Below are positions 1 through 10,976 of a stretch of 64,000 nt of DNA, piece by piece. Within the stretch, counting starts at the first letter, position 1. Each line of letters starts with the position of its first letter. Under the pieces are notes generated by a model that saw only the letters and a program-made list of their open reading frames with translations, was not told the origin of the DNA and did not search any database. Source of the stretch: an uncultured archaeon (GTDB lineage Archaea; Thermoproteota; Bathyarchaeia; Bathyarchaeales; Bathycorpusculaceae); NCBI GenBank assembly GCA_963782915.1, contig CAWALK010000022.1, positions 256,001 through 320,000 on the forward strand, written 5' to 3'. The translations under genes were made by a program, and so were the position numbers.

Positions 1-1
1 T

Positions 2-91
2 GCAAAGCTACAGTTAATCGAAGAAAAACGTGCATTGCAAGCCGAAGAAACCAAAAAGCAAGACGACAAGAAAACAACGTATATTTCTTAA
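2..91 (+). CDS. 3' end of an unidentified gene truncated by the window edge
   Basis: Open frame AKLQLIEEKRALQAEETKKQDDKKTTYIS* ending at TAA 89-91, convergent with wecB. Confidence 0.5.
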   Translation, partial: AKLQLIEEKRALQAEETKKQDDKKTTYIS

Positions 92-1179
92 ACAAAATTT
101 TCTTTTATTATTTGTACTATTTTTTGGGCTGCTGTGCCGTCACCAAACGGTGACACTGCCGGCAACGGCTCTTTTTCTGAAAGGGCTTCATTCATTGCTT
201 CTAAAATGCGGTTTTTGTCTGTGCCCACAACCGTAGCAAAGCCTGCTTCCACAGCTTCCTGACGCTCCGTAGACAACCGAATAACCAAAACACGCTTTCT
301 GATCTGCGGCGCCGTGGCTTCCTCTTGGATACCGCCTGAATCAGTAATAATTAATTTACAATGTCTTTCCAGAATCAAGAAGTCAAGGTACCCCAAAGGC
401 GGCAAAATCAACACATTCCCCAACGCCTCCATCTTGGATAGCAACCCGTTTTCTTGCAGCCGTTTGCGTGTCCTTGGATGCATCGGGTAAACAATGGGCA
501 ACGGCGACTTCGCAAAAACCTCCAAAAAAGACTCTAAAAAGGCTGTGTCATCTACGTTTTCAGCCCGATGCGCAGTAGCCAAAGCAAAGGATTCAAAGGG
601 GATTTGCTGCATTATCTGGGATTTTTTCTCTGCGATTGGCAGATGCTCGTTGACTGCGTCGATGGCTGTGTTGCCGGTTAAGAAAATTTTGCCCCAAACA
701 TTCTCTTTTAACCAAATTTGTTTTTGAGCGTTCGGTGGGGGCGAAGAGGTACTCGGATATGTGATCCGTTAAGCGACGGTTGTGTTCTTCGGGCATGCGT
801 AAATCATAGCTGCGTAAACCCGCTTCCACATGCCCAATGGGGACTACGCGTTTGTTCGCCGCTAAAGCAGCCGCTAAAACCGTGTTGGTGTCGCCTTCAA
901 CCAAAACTATGGAAGGCTCGACTTTGCCCAGCAACTCATCCATCTTAGCCATTATCTCAGCGGTTTGGGCTCCGGGCGAAGCCAGACTCAATTTTTAACC
1001 AGTAATCAGGCGCCGCCAACTCCAAGTTTTCAATAAACTGCTGCGCCATGTTATAGTCGTAGTGTTGGCCGCAATGCACAAACACACGAGGGCAAACTGG
1101 CTCTGTTTAAGGCACGCAGAATTGGCGCCATCTTTATTATTTCAGGCCTAGTACCCGTGACAACAACTATTGGCTTCAT
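88..1179 (-). CDS. wecB: UDP-N-acetylglucosamine 2-epimerase (non-hydrolysing), split by frameshifts
   Basis: Start MKPIVVVTGTRPEIIKMAPI read at 1179; GDTNT, HVEAGLRS, PEEHNR, HRAEN and TDSGGIQEEA motifs across ORFs 593-991 and 88-612. Confidence 0.92.
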
Positions 1180-1192
1180 AGCGGTATCCTGC

Positions 1193-3224
1193 TTAAGTCT
1201 TCTTTAAGCAACCTTCCCGCGGCTCATAAACCGTTCCTTCACGCAGCAGTTGGCTAATCATGCGTTCGATTTCGCCTTTAGGAATCTTATGCTTAGTCTC
1301 CAATTCGTTGACTAATGCGTCGCGTTCTACGATGCCCGTTACTTTCTCCATATCCATGATGGTTGAGATAACGATTCCTAATCTGTCGCGGATGCTCTTG
1401 GGGCGGCCAGTCATGATTAAGTCAATGTCAACTTTGTAGTTGGATAAGTCGATGCCGACTTCTTCAAGCGACCGCTTCATGATGATAATGGCTGCTTCCG
1501 CATCTTCAGCAGTAACAGTGCTACGCAACGCAACACGTGCCCTGGCTTCCGCGATTCGGACAAGCGATTCAAGCTGACGCGCAGTAATAGCAACAGGTGA
1601 ACCTTCGGTTTCGCTGGCTGAACGCATCGCCAAATAGAAATCACTAAGCTTTTTCATTGCATCTTCGCTGAGTTCAGGCTTAACAGTTTTAGCAAAACTA
1701 ACATATTTCCGCAACAACTCCGCATCAACACTAGCTTCGACTGGGCTTCTGCCACGTCGGTGAATTTCCAGAATGTGCCGCGTCATTTTAGCGTCGGAAT
1801 CTTTGCTGGGAACATCTCGAAGCACGAAAATTAAGTCAAAACGTGAAAGGATAGTGACTGGTAACGAAATGTTTTCTGCCACAGTTCGGTTGGGTTCATA
1901 TCTGCCCAAAGAGGGGTTGGCTGCTGCTAACACTGCGGTTCGGGCGTTTAGGGTGGCGACGATGCCTCCTTTAGCGACGGAAACGGTGTGTTGTTCCATG
2001 GCTTCGTGGATGGCAACTCGGTCTTCAGGGCGCATTTTGTCCATTTCGTCGATGCAGGCAATGCCTTTGTCGGCTAAGACGAGTGCTCCTGCTTCGAGAC
2101 TCATGCTGCCGCCTTTCTCGCGGACGACGGCGGCGGTTAAACCTGCAGCGGTGGTTCCTCTGCCCGAAGTATAGAGGCCTCTTGGCGCAATTTTTGAAAC
2201 ATACTGGAGTAACTGTGATTTGGCTGTACCTGGGTCACCGATGATGAGTGCGTTCATTTCGCCCCTCACAGTCATGTCTGGGAGAGCTTCTGGATACTCC
2301 TCCAAAGAGTAGGTACATTACTGCTTCTTTGAGGTGCTCGTTTCCAAAGATGGAGGGTGCAATGGAAGTCATGATTTTTTTGTGCACTAAGGGATCTCTG
2401 GATAATTCGAGGATTTTTGCTTCCTCTTCTGGAGTGGGCGGTGAAGTTTCAGGTTCTTTACCCAATACTTCTATGGAGTTAGCGTCTAATTGGAGGATGA
2501 ATGTGCGTAGTTTACCCATTCCCTGCAGGGAAGGCGCGAAGGCGCGTACGATGCCAACTATGGAAACGTGGTCTCCTGGGCGTGCGACGTCAACTATTTC
2601 GTCGCCGATCAACTTGACCGCTAACATTCGTGGAAGCTGTCCTGGCGGGAGGTCTTCGGGTTTTTCTTGCAATCGAAGGTCTTGTGAGTCGATGAATGAT
2701 GATTCTTCTTGTGAGAATTCGAATGGGCCGTCTCTGCCGCAGTCTGGTGCCATGCAGATTGAGGGTGCTTTGAGGAATTGGCCGTTTTGGTCAACTTGGT
2801 TCATGGTGCCACAGCGTTTGCATTTGAACGCGGCGATTTGAACCATAGGCCGGACAGGTGTAGCTCGGACAACGATGCCTTCGACCATGACAAGTTTAGT
2901 CATGTTTCTGGAGCCGAGTTTACGCAACTGCTCTTTGCCCAGAAGCTTTACGATTCGAACGATGATTTTCTCGATTTTCTCTGCATATTCAGAATCTTCA
3001 ATGCGTAACTGTTCATAGGCGCCTTTAGCTGCATGCAACAGAAACTCTTCAGGCTTAGCCAAAAGCCTCTCTGAAAGTGCCAAGTCAAATCCGTAGAGTT
3101 CCTCAAAATCGATAGTTAACGAGTTTCTGCCGCTAATCGCTAGTTGCGCTATGCGTTGACGATACTTTTCTTTCTTGAAGAATTCTTGAAAACGCTGAGT
3201 TGGCTCTACAGCTTCGAGACTCAT
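1193..3224 (-). CDS. mcm: MCM replicative helicase (frameshift near 2270-2300)
   Basis: N-terminal Zn finger CKRC/CMAPDC; GDPGTAKSQ Walker A, IDEMDKM Walker B, SRFD arginine finger. Confidence 0.96.
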
Positions 3225-3783
3225 TGTTTGTCAACTCCGTTTTCCAAGATTTTAGCTTTCCATTCAGAGATTATTTTTACAAGTTGGTCATAAACGATTT
3301 TTTCTTCGGTGGTTAATTTTTTGAGGACCTGTTCACCCTGGGACGGTGCAGCAGAGAGGGCGACGATTTTTTTTAGGCGGGAATTCACTATGTCGCGTGC
3401 TAACTGTTTTGTGCGGTCATATTCCTGGAATTTCTCGGATTCCTGGGTTTGGGTTGCTTGGTCTTTTAGGTCTAATAGGAATCTGCGTAGTTTAGGGTAG
3501 AAATCGCCCTGTAACTCGCTGATTTGCCCGGAATCTGCACGCCTTCCTTCCATTGTGCTTTGAATAGTCTGGTGGCGTCCAAGACGTCGTCTTCACGGAA
3601 ATGCACCATAGCGGCGGAGGCGAGTTCTTTTGCTACCCAAAAATAAATTTCGTATTCGTTACCTTCGTCGAAGGGGCCAACGGTTAATCCTGCCAATTTG
3701 ATTTCTGGGCAGTTGCGGTTTGCAACAATTTTTACCATAGAATTCTCGAAACAAAAGTCTAAGGTATGTATTTTTGCCGCCAA
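3221..3783 (-). CDS. GINS23-like subunit (frameshift near 3540)
   Basis: Overlaps mcm start; B-domain-like GPFDEGNEYEIYFWVAKEL, then helical SRLKKIVALS and LTTEEKIVY. Confidence 0.8.
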
Positions 3784-3939
3784 CGCTGTTGTCCCTCTCT
3801 AGTTAGTTCCCTTTCGGGGTTCAAAACATATGGTGGTAGAGCGTTTAAGCCTTGCTAGGCAAATCAAAACTTATGAACTGTTGAACTCTAATGCTGTCTG
3901 GGCACCTATAATCCCTTATTTATGGTGGTTGCACTTGTT

Positions 3940-4085
3940 TTGTGTTGTTTTCTAGTATAGTAGTTGTTGCCGAAAAGCCCCTATACACAACAACAACCGC
4001 AGCCAACGGATTGCGCTGTAACGTCTGTTTTGATGTTGGCTGCTTTTTGCGTTTCTAGATTGGTTGTGGTTGATTCTGCAAGCAA
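3940..4085 (-). repeat. Dispersed intergenic repeat family B, copy 1
   Basis: TTTTCTAGTATAG..GCCGAAAAGCCCCTATAC (3948-3986) and GGCTGCTTTT..GTTTCT match copies near 8450 and 17065. Confidence 0.6.
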
Positions 4086-4224
4086 ATGCGCTTTGTGTGT
4101 TTGGGGGATGCTTTTGTATACGGCAGCTACGCTATCGTGGAATAAATATAAAAAAGCCAACTTCAAGTGGTGGACAGTTAAGACTTAACTAAAAACAAAA
4201 AAAGAAAAAAGCTGATTAAGCTTT

Positions 4225-5565
4225 TTAGAGAACGCCTTGGTCTAGCATCGAGTCAGCTACTTTTATGAAGCCGCCGATGTTTGCGCCGTTGACGTAGTTC
4301 ACGAAGTCGCCATCCTTGCCATATTTGACACATGTGGCGTGGATTGCTTTCATGATGTTGTGTAGTCTTTCGTCAACTTCCTCTCTGGTCCAGGATAAAC
4401 GTTCGCTGTTTTGAGACATTTCAAGACCTGAGGTTGCTACTCCGCCTGCGTTTGCTGCTTTGCCTGGTGCAAACAAGACTTTGGCTTTGATGAAGACTTC
4501 GACGCCTTCTGGTGTAGTTGGCATGTTTGCGCCTTCAGCGACACAGAAGCATCCGTTCTTTACAAGGAGTTTTGCATCGTCGCCGCTGACTTCGTTTTGT
4601 GTTGCGCATGGTAATGCAACTTGGCATTTTATGCCCCATGGGCGTTTGCCTGCAAGGTATTCGGCGCTCTTGTATTTCTTTGTGTATTCGCTTATGCGTC
4701 CGCGTTTGTTGTTCTTTAAGTCCATGACAAATGCTAGTTTGTCTGCATCTATGCCGTCTTTGTCGTAGATTGTTCCGTCAGAGTCAGATAATGTTACGAC
4801 TTTGCCGCCTAGTTGGGTTACTTTTTCAACTGCGTATTGGGCAACGTTGCCTGAACCTGAGATGCATACGATTTTGCCTTTGAATGATTCTTTGCGGGTT
4901 TTTAGCATTTCATCAGCGAAGTATGTGCAACCATAGCCTGTGGCTTCTGGTCTGATGAGTGATCCACCCCAGTTGAGGGCTTTGCCTGTTAAGACGCCGG
5001 TGAATTCGTTGCGTAGTTTCTTGTATTGGCCGAACATGAAGCCGATTTCTCTTCCGCCTACGCCGATGTCGCCTGCTGGAACGTCGGTGTTTGGTCCGAT
5101 GTGGCGTTGTAGTTCAGTCATGAATGCTTGGCAGAAACGCATAACTTCAGCGTCGCTTTTGCCTTTTGGATCAAAGTCTGATCCGCCTTTTGCGCCGCCC
5201 ATTGGCAGAGTGGTTAATGAGTTCTTGAAGACTTGTTCGAATGCTAAGAATTTGAGTATGCTCATGTTGACTGTTGGGTGTAAGCGTAAGCCGCCTTTGT
5301 ATGGGCCGATTGCGCCGTTCATTTGGATACGGAAGCCTCTGTTAACTTTGACTTCGCCTTTGTCGTTAACCCAAGTTACTCTGAACGTGATGAAGCGTTC
5401 GGGTTCAACAATCCGTTCTAGAATGTTTGCTGCTTGATATTGTGGGTTTTTCTGGATAACTGGCCAGATGGATTCCATAACTTCCAAAACTGCTTGGTGG
5501 AATTCAGGTTGGCCGGGGTTTTTCTCTTTGACATAATTCATGAATTCTTCAACAGAATTGTACAA
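4225..5565 (-). CDS. gdhA: NADP-specific glutamate dehydrogenase
   Basis: GPYKGGLR, GGAKGGSDFDP, DVPAGDIGVG, GSGNVAQY, AEGANMP motifs. Confidence 0.97.
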   Translation of the reverse strand: MYNSVEEFMNYVKEKNPGQPEFHQAVLEVMESIWPVIQKNPQYQAANILERIVEPERFITFRVTWVNDKGEVKVNRGFRIQMNGAIGPYKGGLRLHPTVNMSILKFLAFEQVFKNSLTTLPMGGAKGGSDFDPKGKSDAEVMRFCQAFMTELQRHIGPNTDVPAGDIGVGGREIGFMFGQYKKLRNEFTGVLTGKALNWGGSLIRPEATGYGCTYFADEMLKTRKESFKGKIVCISGSGNVAQYAVEKVTQLGGKVVTLSDSDGTIYDKDGIDADKLAFVMDLKNNKRGRISEYTKKYKSAEYLAGKRPWGIKCQVALPCATQNEVSGDDAKLLVKNGCFCVAEGANMPTTPEGVEVFIKAKVLFAPGKAANAGGVATSGLEMSQNSERLSWTREEVDERLHNIMKAIHATCVKYGKDGDFVNYVNGANIGGFIKVADSMLDQGVL

Positions 5566-5775
5566 TCGATTTCCCTCTTTAGTTGCACATTTGTTTAGTT
5601 GAATGCTCGACTTTGTTATTTAATAGTACTCAATATATAACATGTGTAAGAAAAGGCATCTGACTGCTCGGTAAATGAAACATGTGTCGATTGAATATAA
5701 ATACCCATGAACGATTCATCCAGCCATCCATGGTAAACCATTTACATTTAACCGCTAAAACAGCTAAACAACCGT

Positions 5776-6114
5776 CTAAAACTTCGTTAAATACTCCTCA
5801 AACTGTTTCCTATCCCGCAGACACTGTGGACAGACACAGCTAAACGGCAGATTCTTCGTTGTACACATGTCAAAATAGTTGCATCCCTTACATGGAAACG
5901 CTTTGCCACAGCGGATGCAGTTCTGCTGAAAAACCACTTCATCCCCCAAGATGTCGCTTACGGCGTCGATTACTGCTTCGATGTTGTTATAGCTTTTAAT
6001 CGAATACAAGTAGGTGTTGCGGTCGTAATCTAACCCCAAGTGAATCAAGTTTACGAATTTTTCTTTGTCCAGCCGAGGAAGCTTAAACCCTTTACTATTC
6101 AAAACAATAGTCAT
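5776..6114 (-). CDS. Cys-rich hypothetical protein, likely metal-binding, downstream of rfcL
   Basis: CIRC..CKGC..C..CVCPQC C-terminus; begins 5 nt after the rfcL stop. Confidence 0.7.
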   Translation of the reverse strand: MTIVLNSKGFKLPRLDKEKFVNLIHLGLDYDRNTYLYSIKSYNNIEAVIDAVSDILGDEVVFQQNCIRCGKAFPCKGCNYFDMCTTKNLPFSCVCPQCLRDRKQFEEYLTKF

Positions 6115-6119
6115 AGCAC

Positions 6120-7361
6120 TCAGTACCTGCCCATTTTTACCAAGAAATCGACTTCTTCAGGAGTAAACTTGAACCAAGCTATAAGTGGACTTTTAGGTTT
6201 CTTCTGCAGAATCGCCTTTATGTAGGGTACAAAATCGTGTTTTGCAATGCTATGTGATACGTGGCATTGTGCCCCGATTTTTCCGCAGATAGTGTCAAGC
6301 ATGGTGCGTTTGCCCTTCGTCCAGAACAATGTCATAATGCGTATTGGCGGGGTGATGAATGTGAAGGGTTTGCAGGATTGGGGGTTGACTGCGGAGGCTT
6401 CGGCTAGGGCGTTGAAGAAGTATTTGAGGAGGTGCCAGTTTTCTGTGCCGATTCTGCCTCGGAACAGGTCAGCGCGGGACACGAAATCGTATGCTTTCGC
6501 AAGTTCGGTTGGGTCTGTGTAGCGTTTTGGCAGGTTGTCACTTACTGAAAGCAGGAAATCGTCATAGTCTATGCTTGAGTAGCTGAGTAAACTTGAGGTT
6601 TCACCGATAGACTGCGCCGTAAAATACCGCCGCAAGGTTTCGTCCATGCTGATGTCTCTGTTGCGGCTACTCAGCATCATAGTATCCTGCAAGGTTAAGG
6701 AATGGTTTTCTTCGCTCAGGCTTTGCAAGTCGTTTATGGCTGAGCGTACGTCGCCTTTGCTGTTCTGGGCAATACGTTCCAACGCCTCAAACTCTGCTTT
6801 CACATGCTCCAGCAAACAAATCTTCTGCAGTAGCGCGATGATGAGTGGGATGCGGACTTGCTGAAAACGCACAAGCAAACAAACCTTTTTGAGCGGTCGC
6901 AATTTCTCGATGTCGGGGTCGTTGGCAGCCATAATCACCGGAACAAGCGATTTCTCGACGATTTCAATTATTGCGCTAACGCCGCCTCTGTCTTCGTTGC
7001 CAGCTATGCCGTCAACTTCGTCGAGGAATAAAACGTTGCCGAGGGTTTTGGGTCCACCGGAAAAATTATCCAGTGACCTGTAGGATGTGGCGGGTTTTGC
7101 GACGGCGTTGATTGCTTTTTCTGAGCGGGTGTCGCTGGCGTTCATCTCGATAACTGAAAACCCTAACTCCCTCGATGCAGCCAAAACCAACGCGGTTTTG
7201 CCCACGCCGGGCGGACCATAGAGGAGCACCGCTTTTTTGGTGTGCTTCTTATTTTTTAGCCACTCAAGAAACAGAGCTTTAGCTTCATCGTTACCTGTTA
7301 TATCTTCGATTTTTTTTGGGCGATACTTTTCTACCCAGAGTAGGTTATTTTGCTGGAGCAT
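6120..7361 (-). CDS. rfcL: Replication factor C large subunit
   Basis: WVEKYRPK, GPPGVGKT, EMNASDTR, LDEVDG, GDVRSAINDLQ. Confidence 0.95.
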   Translation of the reverse strand: MLQQNNLLWVEKYRPKKIEDITGNDEAKALFLEWLKNKKHTKKAVLLYGPPGVGKTALVLAASRELGFSVIEMNASDTRSEKAINAVAKPATSYRSLDNFSGGPKTLGNVLFLDEVDGIAGNEDRGGVSAIIEIVEKSLVPVIMAANDPDIEKLRPLKKVCLLVRFQQVRIPLIIALLQKICLLEHVKAEFEALERIAQNSKGDVRSAINDLQSLSEENHSLTLQDTMMLSSRNRDISMDETLRRYFTAQSIGETSSLLSYSSIDYDDFLLSVSDNLPKRYTDPTELAKAYDFVSRADLFRGRIGTENWHLLKYFFNALAEASAVNPQSCKPFTFITPPIRIMTLFWTKGKRTMLDTICGKIGAQCHVSHSIAKHDFVPYIKAILQKKPKSPLIAWFKFTPEEVDFLVKMGRY

Positions 7362-8358
7362 AATTTTCCTCTATACCCTTCCCAAACTTGGCCAGTTGAG
7401 CCAGAAGCGCGCTGAGTTGGATGTCGGTGTTTGCGCCTTCTGTTAAGCGGAAATCGTATTCGCCGATTACTCCTGAGATGTCGGCTTTCTGTTCGGGGGT
7501 GAGGTCACTCATCTTAAAGATTTCACGTTGGATTTGGCGTATGATTTCTGTGCCCGAGAAGCCAAAAGATCCCATTATGTCGTACATGACTTTTCTTGCT
7601 TCCATAAAGTCGCCGTAGAGTGCTTTGCGAATCATTTTCTGCACTTGGCTGGGGCTGGCTTCGCCGATTACTAGTGACACGGTTTTTTCGTCTATGATGC
7701 CTTCCTTGTAGGCTGAAGCGGTTTGCAGCGCGTTTATGGCGTGTCGTAGGTCGCCTTCGGAGAATTCAACGATTCTGTCTGCTGCTTCGGGGAGTAGGGT
7801 GTAGTTTTCTTTTTTTGCGAGGGTGATGAGGTGTTCTTTCATGGCTTGGCGGTCTACGCGGCTGAAGCGGAATATTGCGCATCGGCTTTGGATGGGTTCG
7901 ATGATTTTGCTTGATTGGTTGCAGATGAGGATGAAGCGTGATGTGCGGGAACCGATTTCCATGATGCGGCGCAGTGCGGTTTGGGCTGGGCCGGTCATTT
8001 GGTCGCATTCGTCAAGGATGATGAGGGCGAATGGGATGGCTTCGCCGAAGCCAGTGCGGCTGTAGCGGCTGAAGTCTTTGATGCGGTCGCTGACGGTGTC
8101 GATGCCACGCTCATCCGAGGCATTCAATTCTAATGTGAAGCTTTTCCAGTTCGGCCCATACAATGTGTGGGCGATGGCGAGTGCAAGAGTGGTTTTACCC
8201 GTACCTGGAACACCTGCAAACATTAGGTGCGGCATAGTCTTTGGATTCTTCATGAATGCCTTTAGGCTGTCAACTATGTCTTTTAAACCGACGACTTCGT
8301 CAAGCGTTTTTGGGCGGTACTTCTCAACCCACATAAGTGCATCTTCGGATACTGCCAT
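7345..8358 (-). CDS. rfcS: Replication factor C small subunit
   Basis: WVEKYRP, GVPGTGKTT, ELNASDERG, LDECD, IQSRC. Confidence 0.96.
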   Translation of the reverse strand: MAVSEDALMWVEKYRPKTLDEVVGLKDIVDSLKAFMKNPKTMPHLMFAGVPGTGKTTLALAIAHTLYGPNWKSFTLELNASDERGIDTVSDRIKDFSRYSRTGFGEAIPFALIILDECDQMTGPAQTALRRIMEIGSRTSRFILICNQSSKIIEPIQSRCAIFRFSRVDRQAMKEHLITLAKKENYTLLPEAADRIVEFSEGDLRHAINALQTASAYKEGIIDEKTVSLVIGEASPSQVQKMIRKALYGDFMEARKVMYDIMGSFGFSGTEIIRQIQREIFKMSDLTPEQKADISGVIGEYDFRLTEGANTDIQLSALLAQLAKFGKGIEENYAPAK

Positions 8359-8444
8359 TAACGATACTTCCACAAGTAAATTACTTAGAATAACCTTTGG
8401 CGTAATTAATTTAACTTTTCTGTAGGCGCTCGGCTAGATTCAGG

Positions 8445-8585
8445 GTTAGTTTTTCTAGTAGTAGAGAAGGCGGAGAGCCCTCTATACTCTTCTTCTTCCT
8501 AGTGGGTTTGGCATGGCGACTGTTTTTCGTGTCTGCGTCTGGTTTAGGTTGCAGGTTGGTTGAGGAGCAAACTACAGGCAGAACC
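8445..8585 (-). repeat. Dispersed intergenic repeat family B, copy 2
   Basis: Colinear similarity over about 130 nt with 17060-17195 (e.g. CTATACTCTTCTTC, TTGGC.TGGCG.CTG.TTTT, TCTGCGT). Confidence 0.75.
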
Positions 8586-8901
8586 AAAGTCAACATATCA
8601 CGTGCCTATTGTTTTAGCGTTGACCCCATATCCATATCGAAGGGTCTTTGTGCTAGTAGTAGTATAGTCTTCATAAAGACAAATTGCGGTGATCTAGCGC
8701 TCCATTTTTGGCAAACCTTAAAAGACCACAGCTAATTACCGATTACTTAGATAGAAGTGTTCAAAATGAAACACCCGTTTTTTTAATTCAATCCTAACAG
8801 CTCTACCAACTTCTCGCAACGACCAACCCCTAACCCTGAAGCTCACATCTCATATGGGCAACCGAAGAAAAATCTGATAACAACCGCTTTTTTCTAAAAC
8901 C

Positions 8902-8932
8902 ATAAATACTTGTAAACATAAAGTTGTTTACA
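8902..8932 (+). promoter_or_regulatory. TATA box (ATAAATA) plus perfect palindromic operator TGTAAACA-N6-TGTTTACA
   Basis: TATA-like 8902-8908; inverted repeat 8911-8918/8925-8932; ATG at 8942. Confidence 0.75.
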
Positions 8933-8941
8933 GGTGTTGTC

Positions 8942-9425
8942 ATGAGCCTAAACTGCATCGCCTCGCCCCTAAGCCAAAGCCAAAAAACCATCTGGGCACT
9001 CCTCAGGCACAGGCCACACAGTAGCCAACATAGCAGAAAAACTAAAAACCACACGCCAATACGTCAACCAAACCCGCCTCACCACCCAAACCAAACTAGC
9101 CACCACACTACTCGAAGTCGCAGCCGTCAACGAACTCCAAGTCACCAAACTCAACCCCCAACAAGCCATCCTACTCGGCTACCACCCCGGGCTCCAAAAG
9201 AAAGCTATCATCACCTACACCACCAGCCACGGCCTAAAAGTCTGGTACTGGCACGACAACCCAGAAGAAATCACCGACACAGCATTCCTGAACCAAACAA
9301 GGCAATACCTGATTGACATCGCCAAAGAAAGAGGAATAGAAATCGAAGGCTGGGAAAAAATCCATCCAGCAAAACTGGCGCATATGGTTTTTAGCAAGTT
9401 AATCCCGGAGTTAACCAACCAATGA
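8942..9425 (+). CDS. HTH DNA-binding regulator (sigma70-r4/LuxR-like N-terminal HTH, about 160 aa), one extra base near 9007
   Basis: Reconstructed MSLNCIASPLSQSQKTIWALL.TGHTVANIAEKLKTTRQYVNQT...HGLKVWYWHD...HPAKLAHMVFSKLIPELTNQ*; TGA overlaps next ATG (ATGA 9422-9425). Confidence 0.8.
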
Positions 9426-10149
9426 ACACCAAAAGAAGTCTACAGAATCGAATCAGAGGATGGTATCCGCAAGAACCCGCATTAAGCATTATAAAAAACG
9501 CCAGTTCAAAGATGAAAAGAAGAATGACAACTGGGCCCTATGCCCATACTTGGTACCGGGAGCTTTAATGATTTTTGCAGCCCTATTATCAGCAAACTTT
9601 GGACTAACCCTTGTATCCGTGTATGTACAAGGATTTCCTGCAGGAGACACCGTTTTTTACTCAGGTCTCTACATTGGAATCTTGAGCGTAAGCGGGTTTA
9701 TTTTAGGATTAATCTGCGGAGGTCTCCTGTTAGCGGGAAAGCGCATACACATAGCGGTAACAGGCATAGCTATAATATTCTGTTTTGGGCTTGCGACGAT
9801 CATTTTACCAACATTGGAGGGCTTAGGATGGACGAGCGGTTTAATTGTGGCTTCGCCAATGATTGCCTTTCCTGTTATATCGTTAATCCAAGTAGGATTA
9901 AATTCTAAGAAGCTCAAAGCATATAACGCCATTCAGGAACCTAAGCTAACAATCGAAGTGGAATCGCCAATCAATCGAAGACCGGTGGCCGCTGGATTAG
10001 GCGCTGCTGGTTGCGGATTCATCTTAGTAGGATTACTAGTATATTTTATGGCACCCATATTCCCCGGAATGATAAATTCAATTCTGATTGTCACAGGGGT
10101 TTGCTTACTTGTGGTAGCGTACCTCGAAAAGAGAACATACAAACACTGA
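9422..10149 (+). CDS. Array membrane protein 1 (about 6 TM), RGWYPQEP motif; frameshift near 9480-9550
   Basis: ATG 9422 reads MNTKRSLQNRIRGWYPQEP; hydrophobic body in ORF 9460-10149. Confidence 0.75.
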
Positions 10150-10161
10150 GGCATATAACCG

Positions 10162-10425
10162 ATGAGAAGAACAGAGCCACCGTGTATAGAGACAAAAGCT
10201 AAATTGGACAAGAAAATGCGCAAAGCAGGCATGGCTGCGAATTCAGTGTTATACTTGGGGTTTGGGGGCGTCTACTTTTTGGTAGCTCAACCTGCCTATC
10301 ACTATGACGTGAGCTTGGAAGTGACTACTTTGACTTTAACCAGCTTTGTGGTAACGTTAGCTGCCGTTAATTTTGCGATTTATAGACACTACAAACAGCG
10401 AATACTGACTAAAGGGAGGATTTAG
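10162..10425 (+). CDS. Array membrane protein 2 (2 TM), lacks the RGW motif; likely paralog of 12049-12414
   Basis: Two hydrophobic segments; C-terminal VNFAIYRHYK resembles VNFLLYMNYK. Confidence 0.65.
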   Translation: MRRTEPPCIETKAKLDKKMRKAGMAANSVLYLGFGGVYFLVAQPAYHYDVSLEVTTLTLTSFVVTLAAVNFAIYRHYKQRILTKGRI

Positions 10426-10427
10426 AG

Positions 10428-10976
10428 ATGGGGTTAAAGCAGCGTTCAAAAGAATTCTTCAGGGGCTGGTTTCCACAAGAACCGATGTTACCAAGAGGCT
10501 TCACTTCAAACTCATCAAACCTTGAGGGCAATACTCTGCCCACCGAAAAAGAGTTCATGTCTCTTCGATTGCAACACAAAAAAATCTACATTCCCGTTGC
10601 CGCCTTCTTCCTGTCAAGCATGATGCTTTGTCTTTATTTGCTGATTAACCGATTAATCGACGAAGAATTAGCATTCGCAGGTCTGATGACAATTCTAATT
10701 GGGCTGCTTTACAATGGCCTTGCATTGGACGTTTACATAAAGAGAAAAACGGCTCTGCGCGCTACGATTGACAAGATGGTCTTGCCCGTCATCACCAGCG
10801 CAACTCTAGCTATCGCCGGTCTTTGGATTTTAGCCAGTGCAAATCTAGTAAGCTTCAAGGATCTTGCTTTCCCGATTTTAATCATTGGTTTTTCAGTTTA
10901 CGCATATCATTTTATCGTTGATTCTTCGGCTAAATCGAAGATACGTCAGCAAAAGCGAGCGGAGTTACGATTATGA
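10428..10976 (+). CDS. Array membrane protein 3 (4 TM), RGWFPQEP motif
   Basis: MGLKQRSKEFFRGWFPQEP; GGAGG upstream; ATGA overlap with next gene. Confidence 0.8.
   Translation: MGLKQRSKEFFRGWFPQEPMLPRGFTSNSSNLEGNTLPTEKEFMSLRLQHKKIYIPVAAFFLSSMMLCLYLLINRLIDEELAFAGLMTILIGLLYNGLALDVYIKRKTALRATIDKMVLPVITSATLAIAGLWILASANLVSFKDLAFPILIIGFSVYAYHFIVDSSAKSKIRQQKRAELRL

Noticed and set aside
3981-4166. 61-aa ORF ending GCGCCCV as a RiPP precursor
   Set aside because: It overlaps repeat family B, the Cys run comes from a TGT/GTT microrepeat, the ORF is not conserved in other copies, and no modifying enzymes are adjacent.
8400-8940. Replication origin near the mcm/GINS/rfc cluster
   Set aside because: No orc1/cdc6 gene and no recognisable ORB repeats were seen; the G-strings in family A lack the ORB core.
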